The notes: a model not told the origin generated them from the sequence alone. A stretch of DNA of 64,000 nucleotides from Chitinophagales bacterium (GCA_046329815.1 JAXLTY010000001.1:869471-933470), one strand, 5' to 3'. Counted from the stretch's first letter, positions 51,094 to 62,906 are shown. A program made the numbers and translations.

Positions 51094-51894
51094 TTATTTT
51101 TTTCTTGGTCCTCTTTCTGATTTTTCACCTCTTGGTTTTCTGTCGCCGCCGCCACGTCTTTCATTTCCACCACCACGTCTGTCATCTCTTCTGTCGTTAC
51201 CACGTCTTTCGCCACTACCGCCTTTTTTGTTAGCTTCGTCCATTCCAACATTAGGTGTCAGATCGCGTTTTGTTAAGATTTCACCTTTGCATATCCAAAC
51301 TTTTACTCCGATTTTACCGTAGATTGTTTCTGCTTCTTTCCAAGCGTAATCAATATCAGCTCTGAATGTATGTAATGGTGTTCTGCCTTCTTTGTATTCT
51401 TCGCTTCTTGCCATCTCAGCACCGCCTAAACGACCTGAACATTTGATTTTGATACCTTCCACTCCTAAGCGCATTGCTGATGCGATTGCCATTTTCACTG
51501 CACGGCGGAAATTAACACGCGCTTCTAATTGTTTACAAACTGTTTCACCAACGATAGCAGCATCCACTTCTGGTCTTCTGATCTCAACGATATTGATCTG
51601 AACATCTTTTTTCGTTAATTTTTTGATTTCTTCTTTGATACGGTCAACCTCGCCACCACCTTTACCGATGATGATACCAGGACGTGCTGTATTGATAGAG
51701 ATAGTGATTCTGTTCAGCGTTCTTTCGATAATGATTTTAGAAATACCGCCTTTTTGAATACGTGCATTTAAGTATTTACGGATTTTTTGATCTTCGATCA
51801 ATTTATCGCTAAAATCTTTTCCGCCGTACCAATTAGAATCCCATCCTCTGATGATGCCTAATCTGTTTGCTATCGGGTTTGCTTTTGTGCCCAT
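51094..51894 (-). CDS. rpsC: 30S ribosomal protein S3 (with RGG/RD-rich C-terminal tail)
   Basis: KH plus S3-C domains; C-terminal ~45 aa low-complexity ...[31 protein letters not shown]... Confidence 0.95.
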   Translation of the reverse strand: MGTKANPIANRLGIIRGWDSNWYGGKDFSDKLIEDQKIRKYLNARIQKGGISKIIIERTLNRITISINTARPGIIIGKGGGEVDRIKEEIKKLTKKDVQINIVEIRRPEVDAAIVGETVCKQLEARVNFRRAVKMAIASAMRLGVEGIKIKCSGRLGGAEMARSEEYKEGRTPLHTFRADIDYAWKEAETIYGKIGVKVWICKGEILTKRDLTPNVGMDEANKKGGSGERRGNDRRDDRRGGGNERRGGGDRKPRGEKSERGPRKK

Positions 51895-51922
51895 TAATTA
51901 ATCTATTTTAATTTTCGTTTGT

Positions 51923-52345
51923 TTAATCTTCAATTGTTGTTTCTGCGTTCGCAACTGTTCTGCTTGCTAATTGCAAAGTAAGATGGTTAGAACGTTTACG
52001 GATTCTGTAAGCTCTACCTTGTGGAGCCGGTTGAAAACGTTTTAAAACTCTACCACTGTCAACTTTAATTTCTTTAATATACAATTCGCTTTCGCTTGCT
52101 TTAGCATTGAATTTTTGTTCCCAGTTTGCTATTGCAGAACGAAGTAATTTTTCTACTGTTTTAGACGCGTGTTTTGTAGAGAATGTCAAAATGTTAAGAC
52201 CTTCTAAAATGTCTTTGCCTCTTAAAACATCTGCCAGCAATCTCATTTTTCGAGGTGAAGTTGGAACCGCCACCGCTTTCGCTTCGCATGTCAACTTTTT
52301 TGCTTCTTTTCTTGCGTCTGCAACTAATTTTTTTCTTGCGCCCAT
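51923..52345 (-). CDS. rplV: 50S ribosomal protein L22
   Basis: ...[23 protein letters not shown]... Confidence 0.9.
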   Translation of the reverse strand: MGARKKLVADARKEAKKLTCEAKAVAVPTSPRKMRLLADVLRGKDILEGLNILTFSTKHASKTVEKLLRSAIANWEQKFNAKASESELYIKEIKVDSGRVLKRFQPAPQGRAYRIRKRSNHLTLQLASRTVANAETTIED

Positions 52346-52353
52346 TTTACTCT

Positions 52354-52620
52354 TTATTTTCTGTTACCTGAATGTCCTTTGAATTGTCTGGTTGGAGAAA
52401 ATTCGCCTAATTTATGACCTACCATATTTTCAGTTACATAAACCGGTATAAATTTATTTCCGTTGTGTACTGCAAACGTATGTCCTACGAAATCAGGTGT
52501 AATCATTGATGCACGAGACCATGTTTTGATTACTGTTTTTTTGCTTGCAGCATTCATAGCATCTACTTTACCTTGTAAATGGTATGCTACGTAAGGACCT
52601 TTTTTTAAACTTCTTGCCAT
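52354..52620 (-). CDS. rpsS: 30S ribosomal protein S19
   Basis: [15 protein letters not shown]... Confidence 0.95.
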   Translation of the reverse strand: MARSLKKGPYVAYHLQGKVDAMNAASKKTVIKTWSRASMITPDFVGHTFAVHNGNKFIPVYVTENMVGHKLGEFSPTRQFKGHSGNRK

Positions 52621-52632
52621 TCTCTTAATCTG

Positions 52633-53457
52633 TTATTTTGATTTTTTTGAGATAATGTATTTACTTGATGCTTTGTTTGTATCTCTTGTTTTGTAACCTT
52701 TAGAAGGAATACCTTTACGAGATCGCGGATGACCACCTGAAGCTCTACCTTCACCGCCACCCATTGGATGATCAACAGGATTCATTACTACAGGACGAGT
52801 ACGAGGTCTTCTGCCTTTCCAACGATTTGCACCAGCTTTACCTTTCACTAATAAGTTGTGATCAGAATTTGATACAGTACCAATTGTAGCTAAACATGTT
52901 CCTAATACCATTCTCGCTTCGCCTGAAGGTAATTTGATGGTAACATATTTGCCATCTTTACCCGTTAACTGAGCAAATGTTCCTGCACTTCTGCAGATAG
53001 ATGCACCTTTACCAGGTTGTAATTCGATATTGTGCACTACAGAACCTAAAGGCATTTTTGCGATTGGTAATGTATTTCCAACTTCCGGTGCAACACTTTG
53101 TCCGGAAATAATTTCCTGACCTACTTTGATGCCTTCCGGAGCGATGATATACGCCTTCTCACCATCTTTATACACCACTAATGCGATGAATGCAGAACGG
53201 TTTGGATCGTACTCGATCGATTTTACGGTTGCAGGAATATCGAATTTATTTCTTTTGAAATCAATAATACGATATTGTTTTTTGTGTCCGCCACCGATAT
53301 AACGCATAGTCATTTCACCTTTTTGGTTACGACCACCACTACGTCTGTTTGGTGCTAATAATGACTTTTCAGGTACATTAGTAGTAATTTCAGCATACGA
53401 ATTTGAAATTCTTGTTCGTAAACTCGGCGTTATCGGATTATATTTTTTAGTTGCCAT
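52633..53457 (-). CDS. rplB: 50S ribosomal protein L2
   Basis: 274 aa; ...[13 protein letters not shown]... Confidence 0.95.
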   Translation of the reverse strand: MATKKYNPITPSLRTRISNSYAEITTNVPEKSLLAPNRRSGGRNQKGEMTMRYIGGGHKKQYRIIDFKRNKFDIPATVKSIEYDPNRSAFIALVVYKDGEKAYIIAPEGIKVGQEIISGQSVAPEVGNTLPIAKMPLGSVVHNIELQPGKGASICRSAGTFAQLTGKDGKYVTIKLPSGEARMVLGTCLATIGTVSNSDHNLLVKGKAGANRWKGRRPRTRPVVMNPVDHPMGGGEGRASGGHPRSRKGIPSKGYKTRDTNKASSKYIISKKSK

Positions 53458-53481
53458 CTTCTTGTCTTTCGCGCTTTAAAA

Positions 53482-53772
53482 TTATATCTCGTTATAGAAA
53501 TCGATGATTTCGCCCTGAGCTATTTTCACTATTGCTTTTTTATAAATTCCTTTTCTTCCAGTAAGAATTGCTTTTTTAGTGCTTCTGTTTTTTGGTTTTG
53601 AAGCCATGATCGCTGTGTTTACATGCTCTACGTTTACACCGTACATTTTTTCCACTGCCTTTTTGATCTCAACTTTATTTGCCTTAGTGCTTACCAAGAA
53701 AGTGTATTTGCCTGCTTTTTCTGACAGTGCAGATGCTTTTTCGGTGATCAAAGGTTTTTTTAAAATATCCAT
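53482..53772 (-). CDS. rplW: 50S ribosomal protein L23
   Basis: Position and size. Confidence 0.9.
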   Translation of the reverse strand: MDILKKPLITEKASALSEKAGKYTFLVSTKANKVEIKKAVEKMYGVNVEHVNTAIMASKPKNRSTKKAILTGRKGIYKKAIVKIAQGEIIDFYNEI

Positions 53773-53783
53773 TGTATTCTATT

Positions 53784-54404
53784 TTAAGAATTTGCTATTA
53801 CTTCAATCGATTTTTCAGAAATTAAAATCGTGTTGTTGTTCATTAATTCGTATGTATTCAAGTTGTCTGCAGTTGCAACATTTGCACCTTGCACATTTCT
53901 GCTTGATAAATACACGTTATCATTCAATTCAGGTAAAATCAATAATGATTTTCTGTTTTCTAATCCAAAGTTTTTCAAGAATGTAATGTATTCTTTTGTT
54001 TTTGGTGATTCGAAATTGAAATCTTCTACAATTTTAATTGAGTTACCTTGAACTTTAGTTGAAAGCGCTGAATACTTAGCTAATGTTTTTACTTTTTTGT
54101 TTAATTTGAAATCGTAAAAACGAGGACGTGGTCCGAAAATACGCGCGCCACCTTTGAACAATGGATTTTTGATACTTCCTTTTCTAGAACCACCAGTTCC
54201 TTTTTGTTTGTGCAATTTTCTGGTAGAACCTGATAATTCAGATTTTTCCAATGTTTTGTGCGTACCGCTTCTTCTTCCTGCTAAATATTGTTTAACAGCT
54301 AAGTAGATAACATGCTCGTTTGGTTCGATACCGAAGATTGCTTCAGGCAATTCGATGCTGCGACCAGTAGCTTGTCCGTTTATATTATATACTTCTGCTT
54401 TCAT
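53784..54404 (-). CDS. rplD: 50S ribosomal protein L4
   Basis: Position and size; ...GTGGSRKGSIKNPLFKGGARIFGPRPR... Confidence 0.9.
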   Translation of the reverse strand: MKAEVYNINGQATGRSIELPEAIFGIEPNEHVIYLAVKQYLAGRRSGTHKTLEKSELSGSTRKLHKQKGTGGSRKGSIKNPLFKGGARIFGPRPRFYDFKLNKKVKTLAKYSALSTKVQGNSIKIVEDFNFESPKTKEYITFLKNFGLENRKSLLILPELNDNVYLSSRNVQGANVATADNLNTYELMNNNTILISEKSIEVIANS

Positions 54405-54411
54405 CTAATTT

Positions 54412-55032
54412 TTATTTTTTCTTTTCGATTACTACATAAGAACCGTTGTGACCAGGAATACTTCCTTTAACGATAATTAAATTTTCATCAGCGATTAATT
54501 TCACAATTTTCATGTTCAATTCTTTCACCTGATCGCCACCCATACGACCACCCATTTTCATTCCTTTGAAGACGCGTGCAGGCGTAGAGCAAGCACCTAA
54601 TGAACCTGGTGCACGTAAACGATTGTGCTGACCGTGAGTCTGTCCACCAACACCGCCGAATCCGTGACGTTTAACAACACCTTGGAAACCTTTACCTTTA
54701 GATGTTCCGATGATCGCTACTTTTTCGCCTTCTTTTAAGATATCAGACGTAACTACATCACCAACACTTAAGTTGTCCATTCCTTTGAACTCTACCAATT
54801 TCGCCTTTGGCGCACCACCTGATTTCGCAAAGTGATTTTTCATTGGTTTTGTGGTGTTTTTTTCTTTTTTATCACCATAACCTAATTGTATTGCATCGTA
54901 ACCGTCTTTATCTTTCGATTTTTTCTGAGTTACTACACATGGACCAGCCTGGATAACTGTGCAAGGAATTATTGCACCGCCTTCGCCGAAAATACTGGTC
55001 ATACCTACTTTTGTTCCTATTAATCCTGCCAT
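54412..55032 (-). CDS. rplC: 50S ribosomal protein L3
   Basis: [15 protein letters not shown]... Confidence 0.95.
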   Translation of the reverse strand: MAGLIGTKVGMTSIFGEGGAIIPCTVIQAGPCVVTQKKSKDKDGYDAIQLGYGDKKEKNTTKPMKNHFAKSGGAPKAKLVEFKGMDNLSVGDVVTSDILKEGEKVAIIGTSKGKGFQGVVKRHGFGGVGGQTHGQHNRLRAPGSLGACSTPARVFKGMKMGGRMGGDQVKELNMKIVKLIADENLIIVKGSIPGHNGSYVVIEKKK

Positions 55033-55038
55033 GACTTA

Positions 55039-55344
55039 TTATACTTTAATTTCTACATCAACACCTGATGGTAATTCTAATTTCATTAATGCATCTACCG
55101 TTTTGGGGGTTGCGCTATAGATATCCAACAATCTTTTGTACGTACACAATTTGAATTGCTCACGCGCTACTTTATTTACATGCGGCGATTTCAATACTGT
55201 AAAGATCTTTTTGTGTGTAGGCAATGGAATTGGACCAGTTACTACAGCACCAGCACTACGTACTGTTTTTACGATTTTCTCAGCAGACTTATCTACTAAG
55301 TTGTGATCGTATGATTTTAATTTTATTCTAATTTTTTGTGCCAT
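55039..55344 (-). CDS. rpsJ: 30S ribosomal protein S10
   Basis: [18 protein letters not shown]... Confidence 0.95.
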   Translation of the reverse strand: MAQKIRIKLKSYDHNLVDKSAEKIVKTVRSAGAVVTGPIPLPTHKKIFTVLKSPHVNKVAREQFKLCTYKRLLDIYSATPKTVDALMKLELPSGVDVEIKV

Positions 55345-55359
55345 GATATATACTATCTA

Positions 55360-57462
55360 TTAATCAGCTTTTACTTTAGATTTTGCTTTAACTACTTGTT
55401 CAGTAATGTTGTTCGGTGCCTGTGCATAGTGAGAGAATTCCATGATAGATGTTGCTCTACCAGATGTAATTGTTCTCAAATCCGTTACATAACCAAACAT
55501 TTCAGATAATGGAACTTTCGCTTTGATAACGTTTGCGTTATTTTTCATCTCCATACCTTCCATCATACCACGACGACGATTTAAGTCACCTACCACGTCA
55601 CCTGTATTTTCTTCCGGTGTAATAACTTCCAGTTTCATGATTGGCTCCAACAAAATCGGATTTGCTTTTCTGCATGCTTCACGGAACGCGAATTTTGCTG
55701 CCTGCTCGAAAGAGAATGAATCCGAGTCAACCTGATGGAATGAACCATCAAATAAACGTACTTTCAAACTTGGAACTTCATAACCAGCTAAAACACCAGT
55801 TTTCATTGCTTCTTTGAAACCTTTTTCTACTGATGGAATGAACTCTTTCGGAATTGCACCACCAAAGATATCGTTGATAAATTGTAAACCTTCTTTGCCT
55901 TCATCACCAGGTCCGATTTCGATATGAATATCAGCAAATTTACCACGTCCACCTGATTGTTTAGCATATTTTTCTCTATGCTCAATTGTCTGAGTGATTG
56001 TTTCTTTGTAGTTAACCTGAGGCGCACCTTGATTACACTCCACTTTAAACTCGCGTAATAAACGGTCAACGATAATCTCTAAGTGTAACTCACCCATACC
56101 AGAGATAACTGTTTGAGCAGTATCTTCATCGTATCTTACTTTAAATGTTGGATCTTCTTCAGCTAATTTTGCCAAAGCCATACCTAATTTATCAGCATCT
56201 TTCTGAGTTTTTGGCTCAATCGCTAAACCGATAACCGGATCTGGGAACACCATAGATTCCAATACGATTGGGCTGCCTTCAGCGCACAATGTGTCACCGG
56301 TTCTGATATCTTTAAAACCTACCACCGCACCAATATCACCAGCACCTAATTTTTCAATTGGATTTTGTTTGTTAGCATGCATTTGGAAAATACGAGAAAT
56401 ACGCTCTTTGTTTCCGCTTCTTGTGTTGATTACATAAGAACCAGCATCTAATACACCTGAATAAGCACGCGTGAACGCTAAACGACCAACATAAGGATCT
56501 GTAGCAATTTTGAACGCTAAACCAGCAAATGGTTCATCGTAGCTTGGTTTACGAACTAATTCTTCACCAGTATCAGGGTGTGTACCTTTGATATTCGGTC
56601 TGTCTAATGGTGATGGCATCAATTCCATTACCAAGTCTAACATTGTTTGAACACCTTTGTCTTTGAAAGAAGAACCGCACAACATCGGAACGATTTTCAT
56701 ATCTAAGCAAGCTGCACGTAATGCATCTAATATTTCTCTTTCTGTGATAGATGTTGGATCTTCGAAGAATTTCTCCATCAATTTCTCATCATATTCAGAA
56801 ACTGCTTCCAATAATTTTTCTCTCCATTCAGTAGCTTCAGCTACCATATCAGCAGGAATGTCAACCACTTGGTAAGTCATACCTCTGTCATGTTCATTCC
56901 AAACGATACCGCGGAAGTTGATCAAATCAACCACGCCTTTAAAAGTATCTTCTGCACCAATCGGTAATTGTAAAGGAACTGCGTTAGAACCTAACATTTT
57001 TTTCACTTGCTCCACTACCATTAAGAAGTCAGCACCTGAACGGTCCATTTTATTTACGAAACCTAAACGAGCAACATTATAATTGTTTGCTAAACGCCAG
57101 TTCGTTTCAGATTGTGGCTCAACACCATCCACCGCAGAAAATAAGAACACTAAACCATCTAATACACGTAATGAACGGTTTACTTCAACTGTGAAGTCAA
57201 CGTGTCCCGGTGTATCAATGATGTTTACATGATAATCTTGACCTCTGTATTTCCAGCCAACAGTTGTTGCAGCTGAAGTGATTGTAATACCACGCTCTGC
57301 TTCCTGTACCATCCAGTCCATTGTAGAAGCACCATCGTGTACCTCACCAATTTTGTGGTTTACACCAGCATAGTACAAAATACGTTCAGTCGTAGTTGTT
57401 TTACCAGCGTCAATGTGAGCTGCAATGCCAATGTTTCTTGTATATTTTAAATCGCGTGCCAT
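55360..57462 (-). CDS. fusA: Elongation factor G
   Basis: [13 protein letters not shown]1 motif, [12 protein letters not shown]; 700 aa. Confidence 0.95.
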   Translation of the reverse strand: MARDLKYTRNIGIAAHIDAGKTTTTERILYYAGVNHKIGEVHDGASTMDWMVQEAERGITITSAATTVGWKYRGQDYHVNIIDTPGHVDFTVEVNRSLRVLDGLVFLFSAVDGVEPQSETNWRLANNYNVARLGFVNKMDRSGADFLMVVEQVKKMLGSNAVPLQLPIGAEDTFKGVVDLINFRGIVWNEHDRGMTYQVVDIPADMVAEATEWREKLLEAVSEYDEKLMEKFFEDPTSITEREILDALRAACLDMKIVPMLCGSSFKDKGVQTMLDLVMELMPSPLDRPNIKGTHPDTGEELVRKPSYDEPFAGLAFKIATDPYVGRLAFTRAYSGVLDAGSYVINTRSGNKERISRIFQMHANKQNPIEKLGAGDIGAVVGFKDIRTGDTLCAEGSPIVLESMVFPDPVIGLAIEPKTQKDADKLGMALAKLAEEDPTFKVRYDEDTAQTVISGMGELHLEIIVDRLLREFKVECNQGAPQVNYKETITQTIEHREKYAKQSGGRGKFADIHIEIGPGDEGKEGLQFINDIFGGAIPKEFIPSVEKGFKEAMKTGVLAGYEVPSLKVRLFDGSFHQVDSDSFSFEQAAKFAFREACRKANPILLEPIMKLEVITPEENTGDVVGDLNRRRGMMEGMEMKNNANVIKAKVPLSEMFGYVTDLRTITSGRATSIMEFSHYAQAPNNITEQVVKAKSKVKAD

Positions 57463-57509
57463 TTTATTTTTTCTTTGATACAGTTATTCGCTGTATTTTT
57501 TATTTTTTA

Positions 57510-57977
57510 TTATGCTTTGAAATGTGAGAATGCTTTATTCGCTTCTGCCATTTTGTGAGTATCCTCTTTTCTTTTTACTGCTGCGCCTTCACCTTTTGAT
57601 GCTGCAATTAATTCTGCTGCCAATTTGTCGCCCATTGATTTTCCGTTTCTTTTACGAGAATATTGGATCAACCAACGAATTGTCATGAATAATTTTCTGT
57701 CTTCACGGATTGGTGTTGGAATTTGGAAAGTAGCACCACCAATTCTGCGGCTTTTTACTTCTACAGACGGCATTGCGTTATCCATCGCTTTTTTCCAAAT
57801 TTCGTAACCTTCTTCTTTAGTAGAAGCTTTGATACGATCTAATGCTTCGTAAAACGCTGTGTAAGCAGTACTTTTTTTACCACCGATCATTAAGTTGTTC
57901 ACGAAACGCGTGATTAATGGATCTCCGTAAACCGGATCCGGTGCTAAATATCTTTTCTTTGCTTTTTGCTTTCTCAT
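57510..57977 (-). CDS. rpsG: 30S ribosomal protein S7
   Basis: MRKQKAKKRYLAPDPVYGD... Confidence 0.95.
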   Translation of the reverse strand: MRKQKAKKRYLAPDPVYGDPLITRFVNNLMIGGKKSTAYTAFYEALDRIKASTKEEGYEIWKKAMDNAMPSVEVKSRRIGGATFQIPTPIREDRKLFMTIRWLIQYSRKRNGKSMGDKLAAELIAASKGEGAAVKRKEDTHKMAEANKAFSHFKA

Positions 57978-58005
57978 GCTTTTATTCTATTTTCTGTATT
58001 ACAGA

Positions 58006-58416
58006 TTATTTTTTCTTGCCTTTTGCCGGTGCTGCTGCTGCGCCTGCTTTACCTTTTTTCGTTCCGTATTTAGAACGGCTTTTCTGACGGTTGTTTACAC
58101 CTGCAGTATCCAATGCACCGCGAACGATGTGATAACGCACACCAGGTAAATCCTTAACACGGCCTCCACGGATCATTACGATAGAGTGTTCCTGTAAATT
58201 GTGACCTTCACCCGGAATGTAAGCGATAACCTCGAATTTGTTGGTTAAACGCACTTTCGCTACTTTACGCAACGCAGAATTTGGTTTTTTAGGCGTAGTA
58301 GTATATACACGTGTACACACGCCTCTACGTTGTGGACAAGCATCTAATGCTCTTGATTTTGAAGCATAATGAAGCTCTTGTCTTCCTTTTCTTACTAATT
58401 GTTGAATTGTAGGCAT
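58006..58416 (-). CDS. rpsL: 30S ribosomal protein S12 (with K/A-rich C-terminal extension)
   Basis: [13 protein letters not shown]...; about 15-aa tail [17 protein letters not shown]. Confidence 0.95.
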   Translation of the reverse strand: MPTIQQLVRKGRQELHYASKSRALDACPQRRGVCTRVYTTTPKKPNSALRKVAKVRLTNKFEVIAYIPGEGHNLQEHSIVMIRGGRVKDLPGVRYHIVRGALDTAGVNNRQKSRSKYGTKKGKAGAAAAPAKGKKK

Positions 58417-58449
58417 TCGTTACTTTCGTTACTTTTTTAAAATTTGGGA

Positions 58450-58486
58450 CTGCAAAGGTAGAGATTAAGGGTAAGAATACCAAATG
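58450..58486 (-). promoter_or_regulatory. Candidate Bacteroidota-type promoter (TTTG -33 / TAccTTTG -7) for the rpsL operon
   Basis: Minus strand reads gtTTTGgtattcttacccttaatctcTACCTTTGcag with a 20-nt spacer, about 35 nt upstream of the rpsL AUG. Confidence 0.3.
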
Positions 58487-59033
58487 AAACTTGAATAAAG
58501 TTCATTTTTTTTGTAGTCTTACCTTCCCTGCGAAGGCAGTAACTACAAGAAGAAATTCCCTAAAAACTAGGATTTTCCTCCTGAAGTGGGCGCAAAGATA
58601 GGAATTTATTCTCAAATGTGGAAAATTATTTCATATTAATTTCGGGTTAAGATTGTGTTTGGAAAATTGGGAATAAAGAACATGAAAGCAACACAAGAAC
58701 TGGAAAATTAAATAAATAATTGATTATCAAAATATAAGAGTGATTAACTCTTCATTGCTTGGTATGCAGTACAGATACAAGAATAGCGTACAGACAACTA
58801 ACATTTCTTTGAAAATTGTATCCATACGGTAAGTGGTGTCGGAAAGTTAACGCTGGTTAGAAGTAGGTCTGCTAAAAATTGAATTGGTTATACATGAATC
58901 GAATTTACACCGAAATCCGGTCAGAGGCAGATACCATCAACAGATTTGAATGCATAGCATACGAAACACTTGCATTAGACTAAAATAATTAATAATAATT
59001 TTTTATTATAATTTGAATATCAATCTAAAATGA

Positions 59034-60506
59034 TTAAAGTTGCTTTAGATTCAGCAACTCTACAAAGATGAGATATGGAAAATACCCCTTTATTCTTTCA
59101 AACATTTGTGTTTCGATAGCAAACATTTGCATCTTTATCTCATTTTTTATTTTTTCAGGAATGAGACTTGCATGGTTGTATTTAGCATATTGTTTTAAAA
59201 CAAACTGAAAAAAATCCGTTAATGGTACAAATTCATACAGAGTTACATTTAATAATTTAGTTCGAATAATATTCGACATTTCTTTTTCTGCTTCTGAAAA
59301 ATTATTGTTCAATATATGTACGCAGCAAATGCCAAATCTATTGTATATTTTCTGAAACGGACTTTTTTCGCTGCTTTTCTTTTGCATCAATGCATATAAA
59401 CTAACAATGTCTTTTAATCCTATATAACACATCAGTATCTTGGCATCGTAAAAAGTTTGCCAAATCTGATTTTGCTGTAAAACCGTTTTGTCGATGCTAT
59501 TTAATACTTGCAATCCTTTTTCATATTGTTTTAGTTTATTAAGATTGGTTGCATAATCAAACAAAGCGTGGACATAATTTGCAAAATTATCTTTTGTTGC
59601 AACAACAAATAATTTATTGAAATAAATATCTGCTTGTTCAAATTCGCCGCCATACGATAGATTGGTTGCCACACAAAACAAAGTATTTAAATATTCTGTT
59701 GTAAACGCATTCTTATTGGCTGTACGCTGTTTTTCGAGTTCTTCTAAAAATGGCAGAACAAAGACTATATCTGCTATTTTTTTATTTTCAATAAGTTTTG
59801 CATTAATGTTCAGCACATCATAGTACTTGCTTTGTAAAGTATTATATTTAGAAGTATCTATCTTCAGTAGTTCATCTTCCTGCCAGTCTGCTTTTATAAA
59901 ATCAAACATTGCTAAACGGTTCATTTGATTTTTATATCGTTTTAGATACAATAGTTTTTTGTAGGCAATGGTAGTACTTTTATAAAACGCTGCTTCACAC
60001 TGTTCATAAATTGCAGCAACTTGTATGGCATTGTATCTTAAATTAGCATTCAGGTTTCGCAGCAAATCCACGAATGAAAAATGCGTATTAAATAGTTCAC
60101 TGTAATTTTCTGTATTCTTTAATTGAATACTTATCTGATCTAACACAGTACTGAACTCATCAGTAAGTGACAACTTTTTGTACCATTGTAATTTATAGTT
60201 TAATTGTAATACTTCATTTTGTCTAATATCATCCTGAATCATTTGCAGCACACAAATCTTTTCTATTTTATCAATTAGACGTTTCATCTCATTTCGCAAT
60301 TGCATATCATTATTCTTTGTATATTTTTTCTTAAAAACGCGATAAAAAATTTCTTCTTTAGAAATTTCTGTTTGTTTTAATTCAATAAAAATCACAAATA
60401 AACTAAATGCATATTTACCCGCTTCTTGCTTTAATTTTTTTTTAATTAATGCTATCTCTTTATCGGAAAGTTGGTAAATAATAGCAAATAATTTGGAATC
60501 ACGCAT
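59034..60506 (-). CDS. Hypothetical all-helical cytoplasmic protein; paralogue of 16505-18052
   Basis: 490 aa; shares FKKKYTKNNDMQLRNEMKRL and general helical composition with the gene upstream of mraZ; no signal peptide or TM. Confidence 0.6.
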   Translation of the reverse strand: MRDSKLFAIIYQLSDKEIALIKKKLKQEAGKYAFSLFVIFIELKQTEISKEEIFYRVFKKKYTKNNDMQLRNEMKRLIDKIEKICVLQMIQDDIRQNEVLQLNYKLQWYKKLSLTDEFSTVLDQISIQLKNTENYSELFNTHFSFVDLLRNLNANLRYNAIQVAAIYEQCEAAFYKSTTIAYKKLLYLKRYKNQMNRLAMFDFIKADWQEDELLKIDTSKYNTLQSKYYDVLNINAKLIENKKIADIVFVLPFLEELEKQRTANKNAFTTEYLNTLFCVATNLSYGGEFEQADIYFNKLFVVATKDNFANYVHALFDYATNLNKLKQYEKGLQVLNSIDKTVLQQNQIWQTFYDAKILMCYIGLKDIVSLYALMQKKSSEKSPFQKIYNRFGICCVHILNNNFSEAEKEMSNIIRTKLLNVTLYEFVPLTDFFQFVLKQYAKYNHASLIPEKIKNEIKMQMFAIETQMFERIKGYFPYLIFVELLNLKQL

Positions 60507-60860
60507 TAGAAGTATAGTTTATGTACAGCATACAAAGATAAATATTTATTGTTCATACTCTGCTACATTGACAAACCATTGTCTGTAAATATCAATTCTA
60601 TTGACACAACTCTATTAATACAAGTATATTATTATCAACATTTTACACAGAAAAATGAGAATAAACCAGCTAGTTTATTTGACACTAAAGACGATATTTT
60701 GTCTTTTATTGTGTAATAAAATTATACAAATTTGACATACAAATTATGGATTGCTGTATTAGACAAATGTCGCTTAATAATTCAAAGCTTCCGTTTAATA
60801 AATAAAACAAGAAAGTTCGTAACATATAATATAGATTGCATAAACTAAAAGAACAATACT

Positions 60861-61994
60861 ATGAAAACACTCTCAAGAATTAGCATCTTATGCTGCATTA
60901 CTATTGTCATATTCAGTTGCAATAGCTGCAAAAAAGAGGACAAGACATCAAATAACAAAACATTACTCAAGCAAATTGAGTGTGCCGGCAACCAAACTTT
61001 CTTTATTACAAATGACAACACACTTTGGGCTTGCGGACAAAACACCTATGGCGAGTTAGGCGACGGCACTACTACACAACGTGATGTTCCTGTAAAAATA
61101 ATGGACAATGTAAAAAAAGTAAGCTCCAGAAGTGGACACACGATGATTATAAAAACAGATAATACCTTATGGGCTTGTGGATATAATTACCAAGGGCAAT
61201 TAGGTGATGGTGCTAATCCAACGACTACCGATCCGAATCCAACACCTAAACAAGTTATGACGGATGTTTTAGATGTTGCTTGTGGTTATTTATTTACGTT
61301 AATACTAAAAAATGACGGAACGGTTTGGGCTTGTGGCAGTAACCTAAGCGGACAATTTGGAAAGAGTACTACTACTACCAATGTTTCTACACCGGTTTTG
61401 GTAAATACAAACACCAAAGCAATTGCTGCCGGAAATTCACATTCTTTATTTCTAAAAACATCCAACATGTTGTATGCCGTTGGTAGCAATACCGATGGTC
61501 AACTCGGCGATGGCACTACTGCTCAAAAATCTATTCCTGTATTTGTAATGTCTAATGTCAGTAAAATGACTGCAGGCAGATACCATACTATGATTCTTAA
61601 AACAGATAATACACTCTGGACAGTAGGTTACAATGGTTCAGGGCAATTGGGCGATGGAACTACTATCAGCAAAAACTCGCCAATAAAAATTTCAAATGAT
61701 GTAAAAGAAATTAGCAATAGTTTTGATAATACACTATTCTTAAAAACAGACAATACTTTATGGAATACCGGCGATAATCAATTTGGTGCATTTGGAAATG
61801 GAACGCAAACGAATACCTACAACACACCACAAAAAATAATAGATAACATACATTTATTTGGCATTGGCGATAAACACACGGTGGTGCAAAATAGCAATAA
61901 TGACATATTAAGTACAGGTTTAGATTTACAAGGGCAGTTAGGTAATGGTAATGGCAGCAGTCAAACAATATTTACTGTCATTTCTTTTCCATAA
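60861..61994 (+). CDS. RCC1-repeat (beta-propeller) lipoprotein
   Basis: Lipobox IFSCNSCKK; seven YG[EQ]LGDGTT / SGQLGDGT RCC1-type repeats. Confidence 0.75.
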   Translation: MKTLSRISILCCITIVIFSCNSCKKEDKTSNNKTLLKQIECAGNQTFFITNDNTLWACGQNTYGELGDGTTTQRDVPVKIMDNVKKVSSRSGHTMIIKTDNTLWACGYNYQGQLGDGANPTTTDPNPTPKQVMTDVLDVACGYLFTLILKNDGTVWACGSNLSGQFGKSTTTTNVSTPVLVNTNTKAIAAGNSHSLFLKTSNMLYAVGSNTDGQLGDGTTAQKSIPVFVMSNVSKMTAGRYHTMILKTDNTLWTVGYNGSGQLGDGTTISKNSPIKISNDVKEISNSFDNTLFLKTDNTLWNTGDNQFGAFGNGTQTNTYNTPQKIIDNIHLFGIGDKHTVVQNSNNDILSTGLDLQGQLGNGNGSSQTIFTVISFP

Positions 61995-62016
61995 TTATAA
62001 AATAAAATTACCTGTC

Positions 62017-62718
62017 ATGAAAACATTTAATAATCTTTTTCTTTTATGCGTCCTGTTTTCTGCTTGCAAAAAACCGACCGCAATAAAACCAGATCCATTA
62101 TACGAAACCATTTACACGTTTGATAATACTTTGGCTGATAAGAATAACTATTCTGACACCATTAGAAATTTGAGATATGCTACAGATTACAGATATGTAA
62201 GCGATGGAAAAGTGAATAGTTGCATGCAATTGTATAATGCTGACATAAATCTTACTGATTATTTTAATTTACCGGTAACAAAAACAACCAATCCTTTAAA
62301 CTATAGCATATCCTGTTGGATAAAACTGGTTGATAAAACAAATTATAATTATTTATTCGGCTGCTCTTTTTGGAGTGCAACACCAAATTTCAAAAATGTA
62401 GAAATTGGTGGCACCATATCACAACAAAGAACAGATGATTCATTATATATACTAAATGGAACCACTATAACAAATTTTGGCTTCTTGTGTAATATCCACA
62501 CATGGAATAATCTAACAATAGTGTTATCAACCGCAAATATTACTTATTACATTAATGGTATTGAAGTGTTTAAAGATTTCAGGCATCAACCTAATTCAGG
62601 ATTGTTTAGATTACTGGTTCAGTCAATTAATGCTATAACAAACGTTGACGATCTGCACCTTTGGAACTATGCCATTACAGAGCAGCAAGTAAAAGATTAT
62701 TATAACTCTACAAAATAA
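62017..62718 (+). CDS. Hypothetical lipoprotein (possible concanavalin/LamG-like beta-sandwich)
   Basis: Start taken at MKTFNNLFLLCVLFSACKK (ATG 62017) rather than the ORF-track 61945; the fold is a guess. Confidence 0.45.
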   Translation: MKTFNNLFLLCVLFSACKKPTAIKPDPLYETIYTFDNTLADKNNYSDTIRNLRYATDYRYVSDGKVNSCMQLYNADINLTDYFNLPVTKTTNPLNYSISCWIKLVDKTNYNYLFGCSFWSATPNFKNVEIGGTISQQRTDDSLYILNGTTITNFGFLCNIHTWNNLTIVLSTANITYYINGIEVFKDFRHQPNSGLFRLLVQSINAITNVDDLHLWNYAITEQQVKDYYNSTK

Positions 62719-62906
62719 AAATTAGTATGCAAAAAGTGATTTATACATTATTAATAGCTGTATTTTTTTTGGTTAGATAAACGTAAGTTCAAATGATTCT
62801 GACGATCAATTATCATACACGATGCTGCTATCAGTAAACTGTTATCTACTACACCAATAAAAGCAGGTGAAAAATAAATAATAAATTAAAAAAAAATCTT
62901 TAAACC

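Noticed and set aside
51044-51322. 92-aa plus-strand ORF (PPPRLS-rich)
   Set aside because: Antisense to the RGG-rich tail of rpsC; repetitive DNA yields an open antisense frame.
58417-59033. tRNA or other canonical RNA gene in the rpsL upstream gap
   Set aside because: No GTTCRANYC T-loop or cloverleaf arms found by eye. Left as a candidate sRNA/leader region only.
61711-61968. 85-aa minus-strand Cys/Tyr-rich ORF inside the RCC1 lipoprotein gene
   Set aside because: Antisense to a gene with seven clear RCC1 repeats.
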